A stretch of 64,000 nucleotides of DNA from contig DAOOTD010000001.1 of the NCBI GenBank assembly GCA_035390125.1, forward strand, positions 241,936 through 305,935. The letters run 5' to 3'. The position numbers were made by a program, and so were the translations under genes. Numbering within the stretch: the stretch's first letter is position 1; each line of letters starts with the position of its first letter. A model generated the notes under the pieces. That model worked only from the letters and a program-made list of their open reading frames with translations. It made no database searches and was not told the origin of the DNA. This document shows, one piece after another, positions 38,766 through 48,026 of this stretch. This DNA is from Candidatus Moraniibacteriota bacterium. Its GTDB lineage: Bacteria > Patescibacteriota > Minisyncoccia > Moranbacterales > GWC2-37-73.

Positions 38766-39880
38766 GCTGAAATTAAAATATCGAGCGTTTCTTTGGCACA
38801 TTTTCCCCACGAAAAGCTTTTTACATGTTCAGTCCCTTTTTGTATCAATTTATCTTCAAGTGATTTTTCTTGCATAACTTTATCTATACAATCAGCTAAA
38901 TCCTTGCTATTTTCTGTTTGAAAATAAAGCACCGCATCTCCACCGACTTCAGTTAAACTTGAATTTTTAGCACAAATTACAGGAACACCAGAAGCCATAG
39001 ATTCCAATATAGGTATCCCGAAACCTTCATAAAGTGACGGAAAAATAAATAATTTTGCATTCCGATAAATTGCGGATAATTTTTCGAATTCAAGATTTCC
39101 AGTGATAATTATGTCTTTTTTGAATCTGCTGTTATTTATTCTTTTAATTATATTATCGCTTTTCCAAGCAGGAGAACCAGCAATAACTAGCTTTAAATCA
39201 ATATTGCCTTCTTTTATTTTTTCAAAAGCCTCAATAAGAACTCCAAGATTTTTTCTTGGCTGAATTGCGCCGACGTATAATAAATAAGATTTAGCTTTTA
39301 GACAATACTTTTTCAGTATTATTTCTGAGTTTTCTTGAGAAATATCCTTTTGGAATAATTCACTGTCAAATCCATGATAAACAACGGAAATTTTATCATT
39401 TTTAATTTCAGGATAAAATTTTAAAATATCATTTTTAGTCGAATGTGAAACAGCGATAATATGATCAGCATTTTTAATAGCCATATTACTTAATTTATTA
39501 AGCTTAAAAAGATCTTTATTAGTGAAATATTTCGGAAATATTTTAAAGGCTAAATCGTGAATAGTAACTATGACCTTTGTATTCTTATTTCGGAGTAAAG
39601 GTATATTATGTACTGGCATCCAAAGGATATCAGGTCTATCTATAAAAACTTCAAAAGCAAAACGAGTCTGCGTCCATAAAAATGGAAAAGGAATTTTTCT
39701 TATTGAATAATTATTAAAATCTGGAGGAGTTAGGTGATGATTGAAAAAATCTCTGTGATAAATAAAAAATTTATCGGTTTTATCAAGATTACCGAAATTT
39801 TTGAGCATATTAAAAAGATAAACTCTGGTGCCATCTATCCTGTTATGATCCAAATCTGCCGCATGAATTGCAATCTTCAT
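38762..39880 (-). CDS. glycosyltransferase, GT4 family
   Basis: EGFGIPILESMASGVPVICAKNSSLTEVGGDAV, the GT4 nucleotide-sugar binding region. Confidence 0.75.
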   Translation of the reverse strand: MKIAIHAADLDHNRIDGTRVYLFNMLKNFGNLDKTDKFFIYHRDFFNHHLTPPDFNNYSIRKIPFPFLWTQTRFAFEVFIDRPDILWMPVHNIPLLRNKNTKVIVTIHDLAFKIFPKYFTNKDLFKLNKLSNMAIKNADHIIAVSHSTKNDILKFYPEIKNDKISVVYHGFDSELFQKDISQENSEIILKKYCLKAKSYLLYVGAIQPRKNLGVLIEAFEKIKEGNIDLKLVIAGSPAWKSDNIIKRINNSRFKKDIIITGNLEFEKLSAIYRNAKLFIFPSLYEGFGIPILESMASGVPVICAKNSSLTEVGGDAVLYFQTENSKDLADCIDKVMQEKSLEDKLIQKGTEHVKSFSWGKCAKETLDILISA

Positions 39881-39884
39881 AAAT

Positions 39885-40619
39885 TTATTTTATTTCTAAT
39901 TTCTTTAAAAATTCTTCTAGCTCTTTTCCTTGTATTTTTCTATAATGTCCTAAACCTAAATTGCCTAATTTGATATTCATTATTCTGATTCTTCTTAAAT
40001 CAGTTATTCCCCACCCGAGATTATCGCACATCCTCCTGATTTGATGTTTCTTGCCTTCTGTCAGAATTATATTGAAAGTAAAATCATCTTTTTTATTGAT
40101 AATGCACGGCTTGGTTTTAAAATCTTCCAGCTGAACTCCGACACTCATAATTTTCAAAAAGATATTTTTAATAGGCTTATTTACCTTAATTACATATTCT
40201 TTTTCATGATTTCTGTTTGGATTTAAAAGTTTATCAGTAATGCGTCCATCATTAGAAAGGATAATAAGACCATGAGAAATTTTATCTAGGCGTCCGATGG
40301 GAAAAATGTCCTCTGGAAATTTACCACCATCTTTTATCTTTTTACCGGTCTGATTGTCTTGATTGGTTAATTCTCCCTTAGGCTTATTATAAGCTAAATA
40401 AACATATTCTTTAACCTTTCTATAAACTTTTAAATCTACTTTGACTTTGTCATTTTCATAGACTTTATCACCTATCCTGGCTTTTTTGCCGTTTATTTCA
40501 ACTATTCCTTTCGTAATAAATCCATCCGCTTCCCTGCGACTACAATAATTATGGAGTGCCAAATAGCGGTTAATGCGTATTGGATAGTCTATTTTATTTA
40601 TTTGTTTTGTATTATTCAT
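39885..40619 (-). CDS. rluB: rRNA pseudouridine synthase (RsuA/RluB family; S4 domain plus catalytic domain)
   Basis: S4-like N-terminus; GRLDKISHGLIILSNDG catalytic Asp motif. Confidence 0.8.
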   Translation of the reverse strand: MNNTKQINKIDYPIRINRYLALHNYCSRREADGFITKGIVEINGKKARIGDKVYENDKVKVDLKVYRKVKEYVYLAYNKPKGELTNQDNQTGKKIKDGGKFPEDIFPIGRLDKISHGLIILSNDGRITDKLLNPNRNHEKEYVIKVNKPIKNIFLKIMSVGVQLEDFKTKPCIINKKDDFTFNIILTEGKKHQIRRMCDNLGWGITDLRRIRIMNIKLGNLGLGHYRKIQGKELEEFLKKLEIK

Positions 40620-40661
40620 TTATAAAGCTTATCCTATTTTAAATGATTTAACAAGAAAATC

Positions 40662-40689
40662 TTGATTTTCTCAATATTTCTGATATACT
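40662..40689 (+). promoter_or_regulatory. candidate promoter for tRNA-Gln (TTGATT-16-TATACT)
   Basis: Hexamers seen 36 nt upstream of the tRNA 5' end. Confidence 0.35.
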
Positions 40690-40725
40690 TTATTTTGTTT
40701 GATACATGCATTTTTCAAGATATTT

Positions 40726-40796
40726 TCCGAGGTCGTCTAATGGTAGGACAACAGGTTCTGGTCCTGTTTATTGGAGTTCGAATCTCTACCTCGGAA
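40726..40796 (+). tRNA. tRNA-Gln (anticodon CUG)
   Basis: TCCGAGGTCGTCTAATGGTAGGACAACAGGTTCTGGTCCTGTTTATTGGAGTTCGAATCTCTACCTCGGAA. Cloverleaf with U1-A72, typical of tRNA-Gln. Confidence 0.7.
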
Positions 40797-40843
40797 CAAA
40801 AGCAATAAAGTACTTTATAAAATTAAATTATGGAGGCAGGACT

Positions 40844-41158
40844 ATGACGAATGATGAAGAAAAAAAATATGCTAAAATCCGTAGCCTCTGTGACATAATA
40901 GGAGGCTTAAATTCAACTGAGAAACAACGTCAAAGAGCATGGGAACAGCTCATGCCTATGGCAAGTAGCACTACGCTAAGCACCTTAATCGCAGCTAAAT
41001 ATTCTTGGCTAGAATTTACAGATGAATATAAAGAGAAAGCATGGCGAGAATTAAAAAAACGAAATATAGAAAACGATGAGATTAATTTGCATTATTTAGC
41101 GGTCAACGCTCCAGAACCATGGTGTGAAGAAGCCAGAGAATTAGAAGAAAAAACATAA
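40844..41158 (+). CDS. hypothetical protein (104 aa)
   Basis: GGAGG RBS 6 nt before the ATG at 40844. The longer tracked ORF (40706-) would overlap the tRNA and is rejected. Confidence 0.45.
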   Translation: MTNDEEKKYAKIRSLCDIIGGLNSTEKQRQRAWEQLMPMASSTTLSTLIAAKYSWLEFTDEYKEKAWRELKKRNIENDEINLHYLAVNAPEPWCEEARELEEKT

Positions 41159-41186
41159 GAAAAATATTATTAATAAACGAAAAATA

Positions 41187-41220
41187 AAATCCCCAAGCCA
41201 TAATGGTAAAGGGATTTTTT
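41187..41220. terminator. bidirectional terminator between 40844-41158 (+) and ftsX (-)
   Basis: AAATCCCC...GGGATTT hairpin with T-runs on both strands. Confidence 0.5.
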
Positions 41221-41241
41221 AATTATATCGTTCTGAAATCT

Positions 41242-42153
41242 CTATACTTTCAAATATCTTTTAATCGCAATAAGTCCGCTGATGGTTCCGAGAGCTATGC
41301 CTGAAAAGATAAGTGAAATAAAGATAATAAAGAAATTATCTAAATAAAACGAGAAAATGTTCTCTCCAGAAATGCTGTTCTGGGTAATCGGCGCCAAAAA
41401 TTTTGAAGTTATACCAAGAAAAATCATAACTAAAAATGCAGATGCTACTCCATAGAAAATACCTTCAAAAACAAAAGGCATACGAATATAAACATTTGAA
41501 GCTCCGACAAGACGCATAACTTCAAACTCACTTTTGTGTGCATACATAGTAAGTCTGATAGCATTAAATGTTATCATTATACCGATAAAAATAAAGACTA
41601 AACCGAGAGTAAAGCCGATTTTTTCTACAAGTTTAACAATTGAGTTAAGCCGCTGAACAGCTTCTTTATGTTCTTCAAAGTCGATATTACTTATACTATC
41701 TGCAAAACTAGACTTACTGATTGCTTGTGTAATTATACCGTACTGTTCAGGGTTTTTAGCTTTTATAACTAAAGAAGATAGCAATGGATTGTCTCCTATC
41801 AACTCAAGTGCACGCGAAATGGAATCACTATTGTTTGTGATTTTCTTGAAATTTTCTAATGCTTGTTCCTTAGTAACATAATCTATTGATTTTATTTCAT
41901 CATATACAACCAGCTTATTTTTTATATCCAATATTGTATTTTCCTCAATATCTGAATTGAAATACACACTGACGCTTAAATCATCCTGTATGTTTTTTAA
42001 AATGATATTTGTAGTCACGCCTAAAATAAAAGTAACACTTATCACATATAGGGATATTGCCAAAACACTAACGGTTGCAAAACTTAGCCATCCGTTACGA
42101 CGAAAATTATCAAGTCCTTCAAAAAATGTGCGTTTTAATTTTATTAATTTCAT
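41242..42153 (-). CDS. ftsX: cell-division ABC permease-like protein FtsX
   Basis: 4-TM FtsX topology with a large first extracellular loop. Downstream of ftsE. Confidence 0.75.
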   Translation of the reverse strand: MKLIKLKRTFFEGLDNFRRNGWLSFATVSVLAISLYVISVTFILGVTTNIILKNIQDDLSVSVYFNSDIEENTILDIKNKLVVYDEIKSIDYVTKEQALENFKKITNNSDSISRALELIGDNPLLSSLVIKAKNPEQYGIITQAISKSSFADSISNIDFEEHKEAVQRLNSIVKLVEKIGFTLGLVFIFIGIMITFNAIRLTMYAHKSEFEVMRLVGASNVYIRMPFVFEGIFYGVASAFLVMIFLGITSKFLAPITQNSISGENIFSFYLDNFFIIFISLIFSGIALGTISGLIAIKRYLKV

Positions 42154-42207
42154 AATTCTGTCTTCTTTTTAATTTTTTGTTTTTAAATCTTATAAATCTA
42201 GCAAAAA

Positions 42208-42936
42208 TCATAGAACTTGTTTCTTTTTTTCTTCGGTAATATTTTTTTCTTTTGAGTTATCCTCATATTTTCCTTTTTCATTATCTCTTACTAGTTTTCC
42301 CTTTTCTAATTCCAGCACACGACGATTTAGTTTATCTACAATACCCTTATTGTGTGAAGCTAATAAAACAGTAGTTCCCATGCTGTTTATTTTTAAAAGT
42401 AATTGTACGATTTCCCAAGTTGATGTAGGGTCAAGATTTCCTGTAGGCTCATCTGCAATTATAACCAAAGGTTTGCACACAAGCGCCCTGGCTATACAAA
42501 CTTTTTGTTTTTCACCACCTGATATCTGATTTGGATATTTTTCCATTTTATCTCCCATACCGACAATATCTAAGATTTGAGGAACAAGTTCTTTAATTTC
42601 TTCTTCTGAGCTATCTGAAACTTCAAGAGCATAAGCAACATTTTCATAAACTGTTTTTTTAGGAAGCAGTTTAGAATCTTGGAAGACTGTGCCTATATTA
42701 CGGCGATAAAATGGAAGAAGTTTCTTGTTTATTTCATCTAAAGGACGATCATTAAAATATACACGTCCTCCTGTTGGCTGTTCTTCTGCATATATCAACT
42801 TAAGCAAAGTTGATTTACCTGATCCGCTATGTCCAATAATAGAAACGAATTCTCCTTTTTTTATAAAAAGATTAACGTTCTCTAGGGCTACAAAATCACC
42901 TGGGTATATTTTAGAAACATTATCGAACCTGATCAT
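42208..42936 (-). CDS. ftsE: cell-division ATP-binding protein FtsE
   Basis: Walker A GHSGSGKST; signature LSGGEKQKVCIARAL. Confidence 0.85.
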   Translation of the reverse strand: MIRFDNVSKIYPGDFVALENVNLFIKKGEFVSIIGHSGSGKSTLLKLIYAEEQPTGGRVYFNDRPLDEINKKLLPFYRRNIGTVFQDSKLLPKKTVYENVAYALEVSDSSEEEIKELVPQILDIVGMGDKMEKYPNQISGGEKQKVCIARALVCKPLVIIADEPTGNLDPTSTWEIVQLLLKINSMGTTVLLASHNKGIVDKLNRRVLELEKGKLVRDNEKGKYEDNSKEKNITEEKKKQVL

Positions 42937-42977
42937 TTTTATATTTTTTAATAATTTTGCTATGTTTTAATTATATA

Positions 42978-44076
42978 CTATTTTTTCTGAGCCGCAAAGC
43001 GTAGATAGTCCTCTATTAATTCATGAAGATCACCGCTCAAGACTTTTTCCGCATCACTGGTTTCATATTTTGTACGATGGTCTTTAACCATTTTATAAGG
43101 ATGCAGAACATAAGAACGGATCTGATTCCCCCATTCCGCACTTTTATATTCACCCCTGAGTTTTTGTTTTTCTTCCTGCTGTTTTTCTAAATATAATTTA
43201 TGTATCCGGGCCTTTAAAACACGCATGGCTTGTTCCTTATTCTGCAGTTGAGATCGTTCGCTTTGGCACATTGAAACTGTTCCGGTTGGGATATGTGTAA
43301 TCCGTACAGCACTGTCTGTAGTGTTCACATGCTGTCCGCCAGCCCCTGAAGATCTGTAAGTATCAATAATTAAGTCTTGTGGCTGAATCACTACTTCAGA
43401 AATTTCTTCAATAATCGGCAAAACCTCTACTAATGCAAATGATGTTTGGCGCAAATTATCAGCATTGAATGGGGAAAGCCTTACCAAACGATGCACACCT
43501 GCTTCGCCTTGCAGATATCCATAAGTATAAGCACCTGAAATTTCAATTGTTGCGCTTTTTATCCCAGCTTCTGTTCCTTTCGATTCTTCTACTATCTTGG
43601 TTTTGAACCCATTTTTTTCAGCCCATCTTAAATACATCCTGAGAATCATTTCTGCCCAATCTTGAGCATCTACCCCCCCAGCTCCACTACGGATAGCCAA
43701 AATGACATCATTTTGATCGTATTTTCCACTAAGTAATGATTTAAATTCCAGATCATCAAAATCTTTTTGTAATTTATCGACTTGTTTTTTAATTTCTTTT
43801 AATTCTTCGTCTGTGCCGGATTCAAACAGATTTACAAGTTCTAATAACTCTTTTGCTTTTTTTTCTATATTTTCAAAATTTTCCAATTCATTTTTCAAAA
43901 GCTCAAGCTCTTTAGAAATCTGGGCAGCTTTTTGCGTATCACTCCAAAAATACTTAGCAGACATTTTTTCCTCCAATTCTAATATTTTTTGTTTTTTTTG
44001 TTCAACGTCAAAGATAGTCCCGCAAAAGCGGGAGCTTAGATTTTATATTTTCAAGTTTTTCTAAAATTTCTTTCAT
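42978..44076 (-). CDS. prfB: peptide chain release factor 2 with programmed +1 frameshift (short ORF0 MKEILEKLENIKSKLPLLRDYL, then CTT TGA C, then main frame)
   Basis: The main frame has SPF and GGQ motifs. Upstream, in the 0 frame, ATG at 44076 runs to TAT CTT TGA C at 44007-44013, with GGGA 3 nt upstream (SD-like). The +1 frame continues DVEQKKQKILELEEKMSAKYFW into the tracked ORF. Confidence 0.85.
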
Positions 44077-44081
44077 AAATT

Positions 44082-44828
44082 TTATTCAAGTAGCAAAAGC
44101 GTAGACATCATAGCAACGCCAACACCCATAAACACTAATTGCCAGATTGAATGACTTATTTTCTCTCCATTATTCTTGTGCAATTCCGGAATCATATCCG
44201 CACTGGCTATATATATAAATCCTCCGGCAGCAACTGGCACTAAAGCATTTGCTATGATTTCTATATTTAAGCTTATTAATAAAGTCACTATTGCACCAAC
44301 TATTGCAGAAATTGCCGATATAAAATTATAAAGCAGTGCCTTTTTTTTTGTAAAGCCGGCATATAAAAGAACTCCAAAATCTCCTATTTCCTGTGGTATT
44401 TCGTGCATAATTACTGCCAAAGTAGTAGCAATACCAACTGGAATACTAACCAAATAACTGACGGCTATGATTACTCCATCAATAAAATTGTGGATAGCAT
44501 CTCCGAAAAAAATTACATAAGGCAATACTTTTTCATGTTTCTCACAGTGTTCATCGTGGCAGTGCCGCCAATGCAAAAATTTTTCCAATATGAAAAAGAT
44601 TATAAAACCAACTAAAACCAAAAAAGATACATGTATGCCTTCTTTTTCCATAGCCTCAGGAATCAAATGCAAAAAAGCATCACCCAAAAGCGTGCCAGCA
44701 GCAAAGCTGACTAAAAAAATTAAAATCTCATGAAATTTTTTTGATTTCCAAGAAAAAACAAAAATACCTATGAGGGAAATAAGGCTTACAATCAAAACGC
44801 TTATTAAGGTATATATCCAGACTTGCAT
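44082..44828 (-). CDS. zupT: ZIP-family divalent metal transporter (ZupT-like)
   Basis: HNFIDGVIIA and HEIPQEIGDF metal-binding motifs. About 8 TM. Confidence 0.8.
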   Translation of the reverse strand: MQVWIYTLISVLIVSLISLIGIFVFSWKSKKFHEILIFLVSFAAGTLLGDAFLHLIPEAMEKEGIHVSFLVLVGFIIFFILEKFLHWRHCHDEHCEKHEKVLPYVIFFGDAIHNFIDGVIIAVSYLVSIPVGIATTLAVIMHEIPQEIGDFGVLLYAGFTKKKALLYNFISAISAIVGAIVTLLISLNIEIIANALVPVAAGGFIYIASADMIPELHKNNGEKISHSIWQLVFMGVGVAMMSTLLLLE

Positions 44829-44860
44829 TTATTATAAATAAATTTATTTTATAAGATAAT

Positions 44861-44930
44861 CCACCTATTAGAATCGAACCCCAGTAGCAGAAACTTCTTT
44901 TCGCTACGGGACAGGCTGATGACACTTTAT
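44861..44930 (-). other. tRNA-like remnant (T-loop GGGGTTCGATTC and GGTGG similar to the tRNA-Glu 3' half, but no foldable cloverleaf)
   Basis: The minus strand reads ...CTGCTACTGGGGTTCGATTCTAATAGGTGG. The T-stem 3' strand is missing. Confidence 0.25.
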
Positions 44931-44938
44931 TTATTATG

Positions 44939-45011
44939 AGCCGATGGCCGGGATTGAACCGGCGACCTATGCGTTACGAGTGCATTGCTCTACCAGCTGA
45001 GCTACATCGGC
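44939..45011 (-). tRNA. tRNA-Thr (anticodon CGU)
   Basis: GCCGATGTAGCTCAGCTGGTAGAGCAATGCACTCGTAACGCATAGGTCGCCGGTTCAATCCCGGCCATCGGCT. Confidence 0.75.
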
Positions 45012-45023
45012 ATAGCTCATATT

Positions 45024-45932
45024 TTAGCTTATCTGAGCCTTTTTTACAAGTGTTTTAAAATTTTCATTAACCGTCTTTTGAATATCTGCAATTACTGATT
45101 TATTTTTTGGAACAAATAGATGTTTAAAACGTCCTTGGGTTTTTAAAAATTCTTCGACTGGCTTTGGATTTTTAGGTGTGTAATTAATTACGTAATTTCC
45201 ATTTTCTATTTCATAAAGTGGCCAGAAATTTGTTTCAGTGGCTAATTTTCCAATATTGACATACTGAGACGTTGGGAATTTCCAAAGATTCGTGCATGGC
45301 TGAAGCACTAACAAAAATGATGGTCCCGGAGTTTTTAAGGCTTTTTTGGCTTTCTTTTTTAGATCAGAAAGATATGCAACATTAGCCTGTGCCAAATAAG
45401 AAATATTATGCGCTTTCACAATTTCCATTAAATCTTTTCTTTGCTTTGATTTTCCGAAAGAATCACTGCCAGCTGGTTCCGTTTCCGTGTTAGCACCAAA
45501 AGGTGTTCCGCCAGATCTTTGTCCGCCCGTATTCATGTATCCTTCATTGTCATAACAAACATACAGAAAATCGTGTCCACGTTCCAACGCTCCAGAAAGA
45601 GCCTGGAGACCGATATCATATGTTCCCCCATCGCCACCAAAGGCAACAATTTTAGCAGGCTTTTTTAGTTTCTTGTTTTTCATTAATGCCTTTTGGGCAG
45701 CATCTATTCCAGATGCCGTTGCCGCTGCATTGCCAAAAGCGCTATGGATATAGGGAACTTTCCAGGAAGTATTCGGATATATAGTTGTAGTTACTTCCAA
45801 ACATCCTGTTGCATTGGAAACAATCACAGGCTCATTTGTTGCACCAAGTACTGTCCGTACAATAGCCGGTATCCCGCATCCTGCGCAAGTCGCATGACCC
45901 GGAGCTAATTTTTTAGTTAAATCTTTATTCAT
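45024..45932 (-). CDS. porB: pyruvate/2-oxoacid:ferredoxin oxidoreductase beta subunit (TPP-binding)
   Basis: GHATCAGCG...GGDGGTYDIGLQAL (TPP/Fe-S region). Confidence 0.85.
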   Translation of the reverse strand: MNKDLTKKLAPGHATCAGCGIPAIVRTVLGATNEPVIVSNATGCLEVTTTIYPNTSWKVPYIHSAFGNAAATASGIDAAQKALMKNKKLKKPAKIVAFGGDGGTYDIGLQALSGALERGHDFLYVCYDNEGYMNTGGQRSGGTPFGANTETEPAGSDSFGKSKQRKDLMEIVKAHNISYLAQANVAYLSDLKKKAKKALKTPGPSFLLVLQPCTNLWKFPTSQYVNIGKLATETNFWPLYEIENGNYVINYTPKNPKPVEEFLKTQGRFKHLFVPKNKSVIADIQKTVNENFKTLVKKAQIS

Positions 45933-45937
45933 GCTTT

Positions 45938-47104
45938 TTATTTCAGATATTTTATTTTATTGCTTATTTCCCCTTCTTCTAGATCCTTAAAAACTTTTTC
46001 AATATCTTTTTGTAATGTGTCACGCCCACCAAGACCATAAATATAGCTGGCAATTTCATTTTTGTGACTGCCGGCGTGATGCAAACTATTTACAATATCC
46101 TGATATAATGGCGGATAGGCTCCTATGGAAATAGCCCTGTCTAAAACAGCAATTTTTCTTACATGCGCTATTTCGCGTCCAATTTCCCTATATGGGAAAG
46201 GCCTGTATAGTTTAATATTCAAAAGTCCGACTTTTTTTTCTTTTTTGCGTAAACTATCTATAACATCCTTAGCGGTTCCTGCGGTTGCACCCATCATAAC
46301 TATTACATAATCTGCATCCTCTAATTTATATGTTTCAAAAATCCCATGTTTTCTTCCGGATATATTCATATACTCTGCACACAATTTCTTATATTCCGTT
46401 TTTGCTTTTTCTATTGCTTCTTCCTGGTCCAGCTTGAAATCAAAATATGAGTTTTGCAGAGCCAAAGCTCCGAATGTCACGGGACTATTAAAATCAAGCA
46501 ATGATTTTTCAGCTTTTCTGTCACCCAAAAAATTTTTTATTGATTTATCGTCACAAATTTCGAGCCTTTCTGTCGTATGCGAAGTATGGAAACCGTCCAT
46601 AATCGACATTACAGGCAAATCAATTGATTCGGATAGCTTCAAAGCTATTATTGTATTGTCATAAGCCTCCTGCACATTTTCGGAGAAAATTTGGACCCAG
46701 CCAGCTTCGCGCACAGCCATGACATCACCATGCTCACCATGGATATTAAGCGGAGCACTTAGAGCGCGAGAACTAACGCACATTAAAATTGGAAGCCTTA
46801 GCCCACTGGCAATCGGCAACATTTCTGCCATATATAAAAGTCCCTGCGAACTGGTTGCTGTTATTGCTCTTGCACTCGCTGCTGAGGCTCCAATTGTGGC
46901 ACTCATGGCACTATGTTCTGATTCAACCTGAACTATTTCTGTTTTGACTTTTCCATCAGCTTTCATTTTGGCATATGTTTCTATAATCGGAGTCTGTGGA
47001 GTAATAGGATAAACAGCCATTACGTCAGGATTAATTTGACGTAAAGCCTCAGCCATCGCTGCACCACCAGTCATTGCTTCAATTTTTTTATTATTTTTAT
47101 CCAT
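45938..47104 (-). CDS. porA: pyruvate:ferredoxin oxidoreductase alpha subunit
   Basis: Pfor domain I/VI-like sequence. Operon context. Confidence 0.8.
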   Translation of the reverse strand: MDKNNKKIEAMTGGAAMAEALRQINPDVMAVYPITPQTPIIETYAKMKADGKVKTEIVQVESEHSAMSATIGASAASARAITATSSQGLLYMAEMLPIASGLRLPILMCVSSRALSAPLNIHGEHGDVMAVREAGWVQIFSENVQEAYDNTIIALKLSESIDLPVMSIMDGFHTSHTTERLEICDDKSIKNFLGDRKAEKSLLDFNSPVTFGALALQNSYFDFKLDQEEAIEKAKTEYKKLCAEYMNISGRKHGIFETYKLEDADYVIVMMGATAGTAKDVIDSLRKKEKKVGLLNIKLYRPFPYREIGREIAHVRKIAVLDRAISIGAYPPLYQDIVNSLHHAGSHKNEIASYIYGLGGRDTLQKDIEKVFKDLEEGEISNKIKYLK

Positions 47105-47371
47105 TTATTTTTTCATAATAATAGCTTTTACAGGGCAGACTGATGCGCAGACTCCACAGCCTTTGCAATAATCATAATCGATTTCTGCAACTTTCTTGTT
47201 TTTATTTTTTGATTTTTTATTCTTCAATTCAATAGCTGCTTCCGGGCAATATGAAACACAAATGCCACATCCAATACATTTTGATATATCAATTTCTGGC
47301 TTCATATAACGCCAATCTCCTGTTTTGGAAGAATTTTTAATACTATGCTTTATAATAGCTCCTTTTTCCAT
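47105..47371 (-). CDS. porD: pyruvate:ferredoxin oxidoreductase delta subunit (2x[4Fe-4S] ferredoxin)
   Basis: CIGCGICVSYCP and CKGCGVCASVCP. Confidence 0.85.
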   Translation of the reverse strand: MEKGAIIKHSIKNSSKTGDWRYMKPEIDISKCIGCGICVSYCPEAAIELKNKKSKNKNKKVAEIDYDYCKGCGVCASVCPVKAIIMKK

Positions 47372-47379
47372 AATTTTGT

Positions 47380-47952
47380 TTATATTTCATCATAACCAAC
47401 TTGCATGGCTTGTATTGTTTTTTCTGTAAGTTCTTTTCCGATTTTAGGAGTAAAAACTTTCCTGAAAATCTGCATAGCATTTTCTAGGGTTATAATTTCT
47501 GAAATTTTTATAAAATAACCCATGAGCACCATGTTGGGATTTGGATTGCTAGTAATTTTCAGTGCAATTCCTGTTGCATCTATAGTGCGGATTTTACCTT
47601 CAAAATTAGGAACTTTTTTACGGATTTCTTCAGGATTTTTTTTTGAGTTAACGACCAATATTTCATCTTTATCCAAGTTTTTCACAACATCCTGGCAATC
47701 TATGACTGTTTCATCTAAAACAACCACAACATCCGGATCAATAACTGGCTCCTGGGTCCTGATTTCTTTTTCTGAAATTCTTAAAAACATTCTAGTTGGG
47801 GCACCTGATCTTTCCGGACCAAAAAATGGGAACGCTTTGACATATTTTCCTTCCAAAATAGCCGAATGCGCAATAAGCTCAGAAGCTGTTTTAGCTCCCT
47901 GCCCTCCACGTGCAAAAAAAATGACTTCAAATGTATCCTTATTGAATTTCAT
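47380..47952 (-). CDS. porG: pyruvate:ferredoxin oxidoreductase gamma subunit
   Basis: ARGGQGAKTASELIA..., typical of the Por gamma subunit. First gene of the operon. Confidence 0.8.
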   Translation of the reverse strand: MKFNKDTFEVIFFARGGQGAKTASELIAHSAILEGKYVKAFPFFGPERSGAPTRMFLRISEKEIRTQEPVIDPDVVVVLDETVIDCQDVVKNLDKDEILVVNSKKNPEEIRKKVPNFEGKIRTIDATGIALKITSNPNPNMVLMGYFIKISEIITLENAMQIFRKVFTPKIGKELTEKTIQAMQVGYDEI

Positions 47953-47980
47953 ATTTATAAGAATATCATATTTTTAAACA

Positions 47981-48010
47981 AAAAAACAGGGGGTAGCCCC
48001 TGTTTTTAAT
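47981..48010. terminator. strong hairpin terminator between dsbA-like gene and por operon
   Basis: AACAGGGGG-tagc-CCCCTGTT followed by TTTTT. Confidence 0.65.
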
Positions 48011-48026
48011 TTATTTTTAAATCTAT

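Noticed and set aside
40706-41158. 150-aa version of the plus-strand ORF
   Set aside because: Its first 45 codons run straight through tRNA-Gln. An internal ATG at 40844 with a GGAGG RBS is the plausible start.
44018-44034. TCCCGC-aaaa-GCGGGA hairpin first read as a terminator between zupT and prfB
   Set aside because: It lies inside the short upstream reading frame of prfB, next to the programmed frameshift site. No T-tract follows on the coding strand.
44861-44930. Calling this an intact tRNA
   Set aside because: No 3' T-stem strand or acceptor pairing could be found. It is kept only as a tRNA-like remnant.
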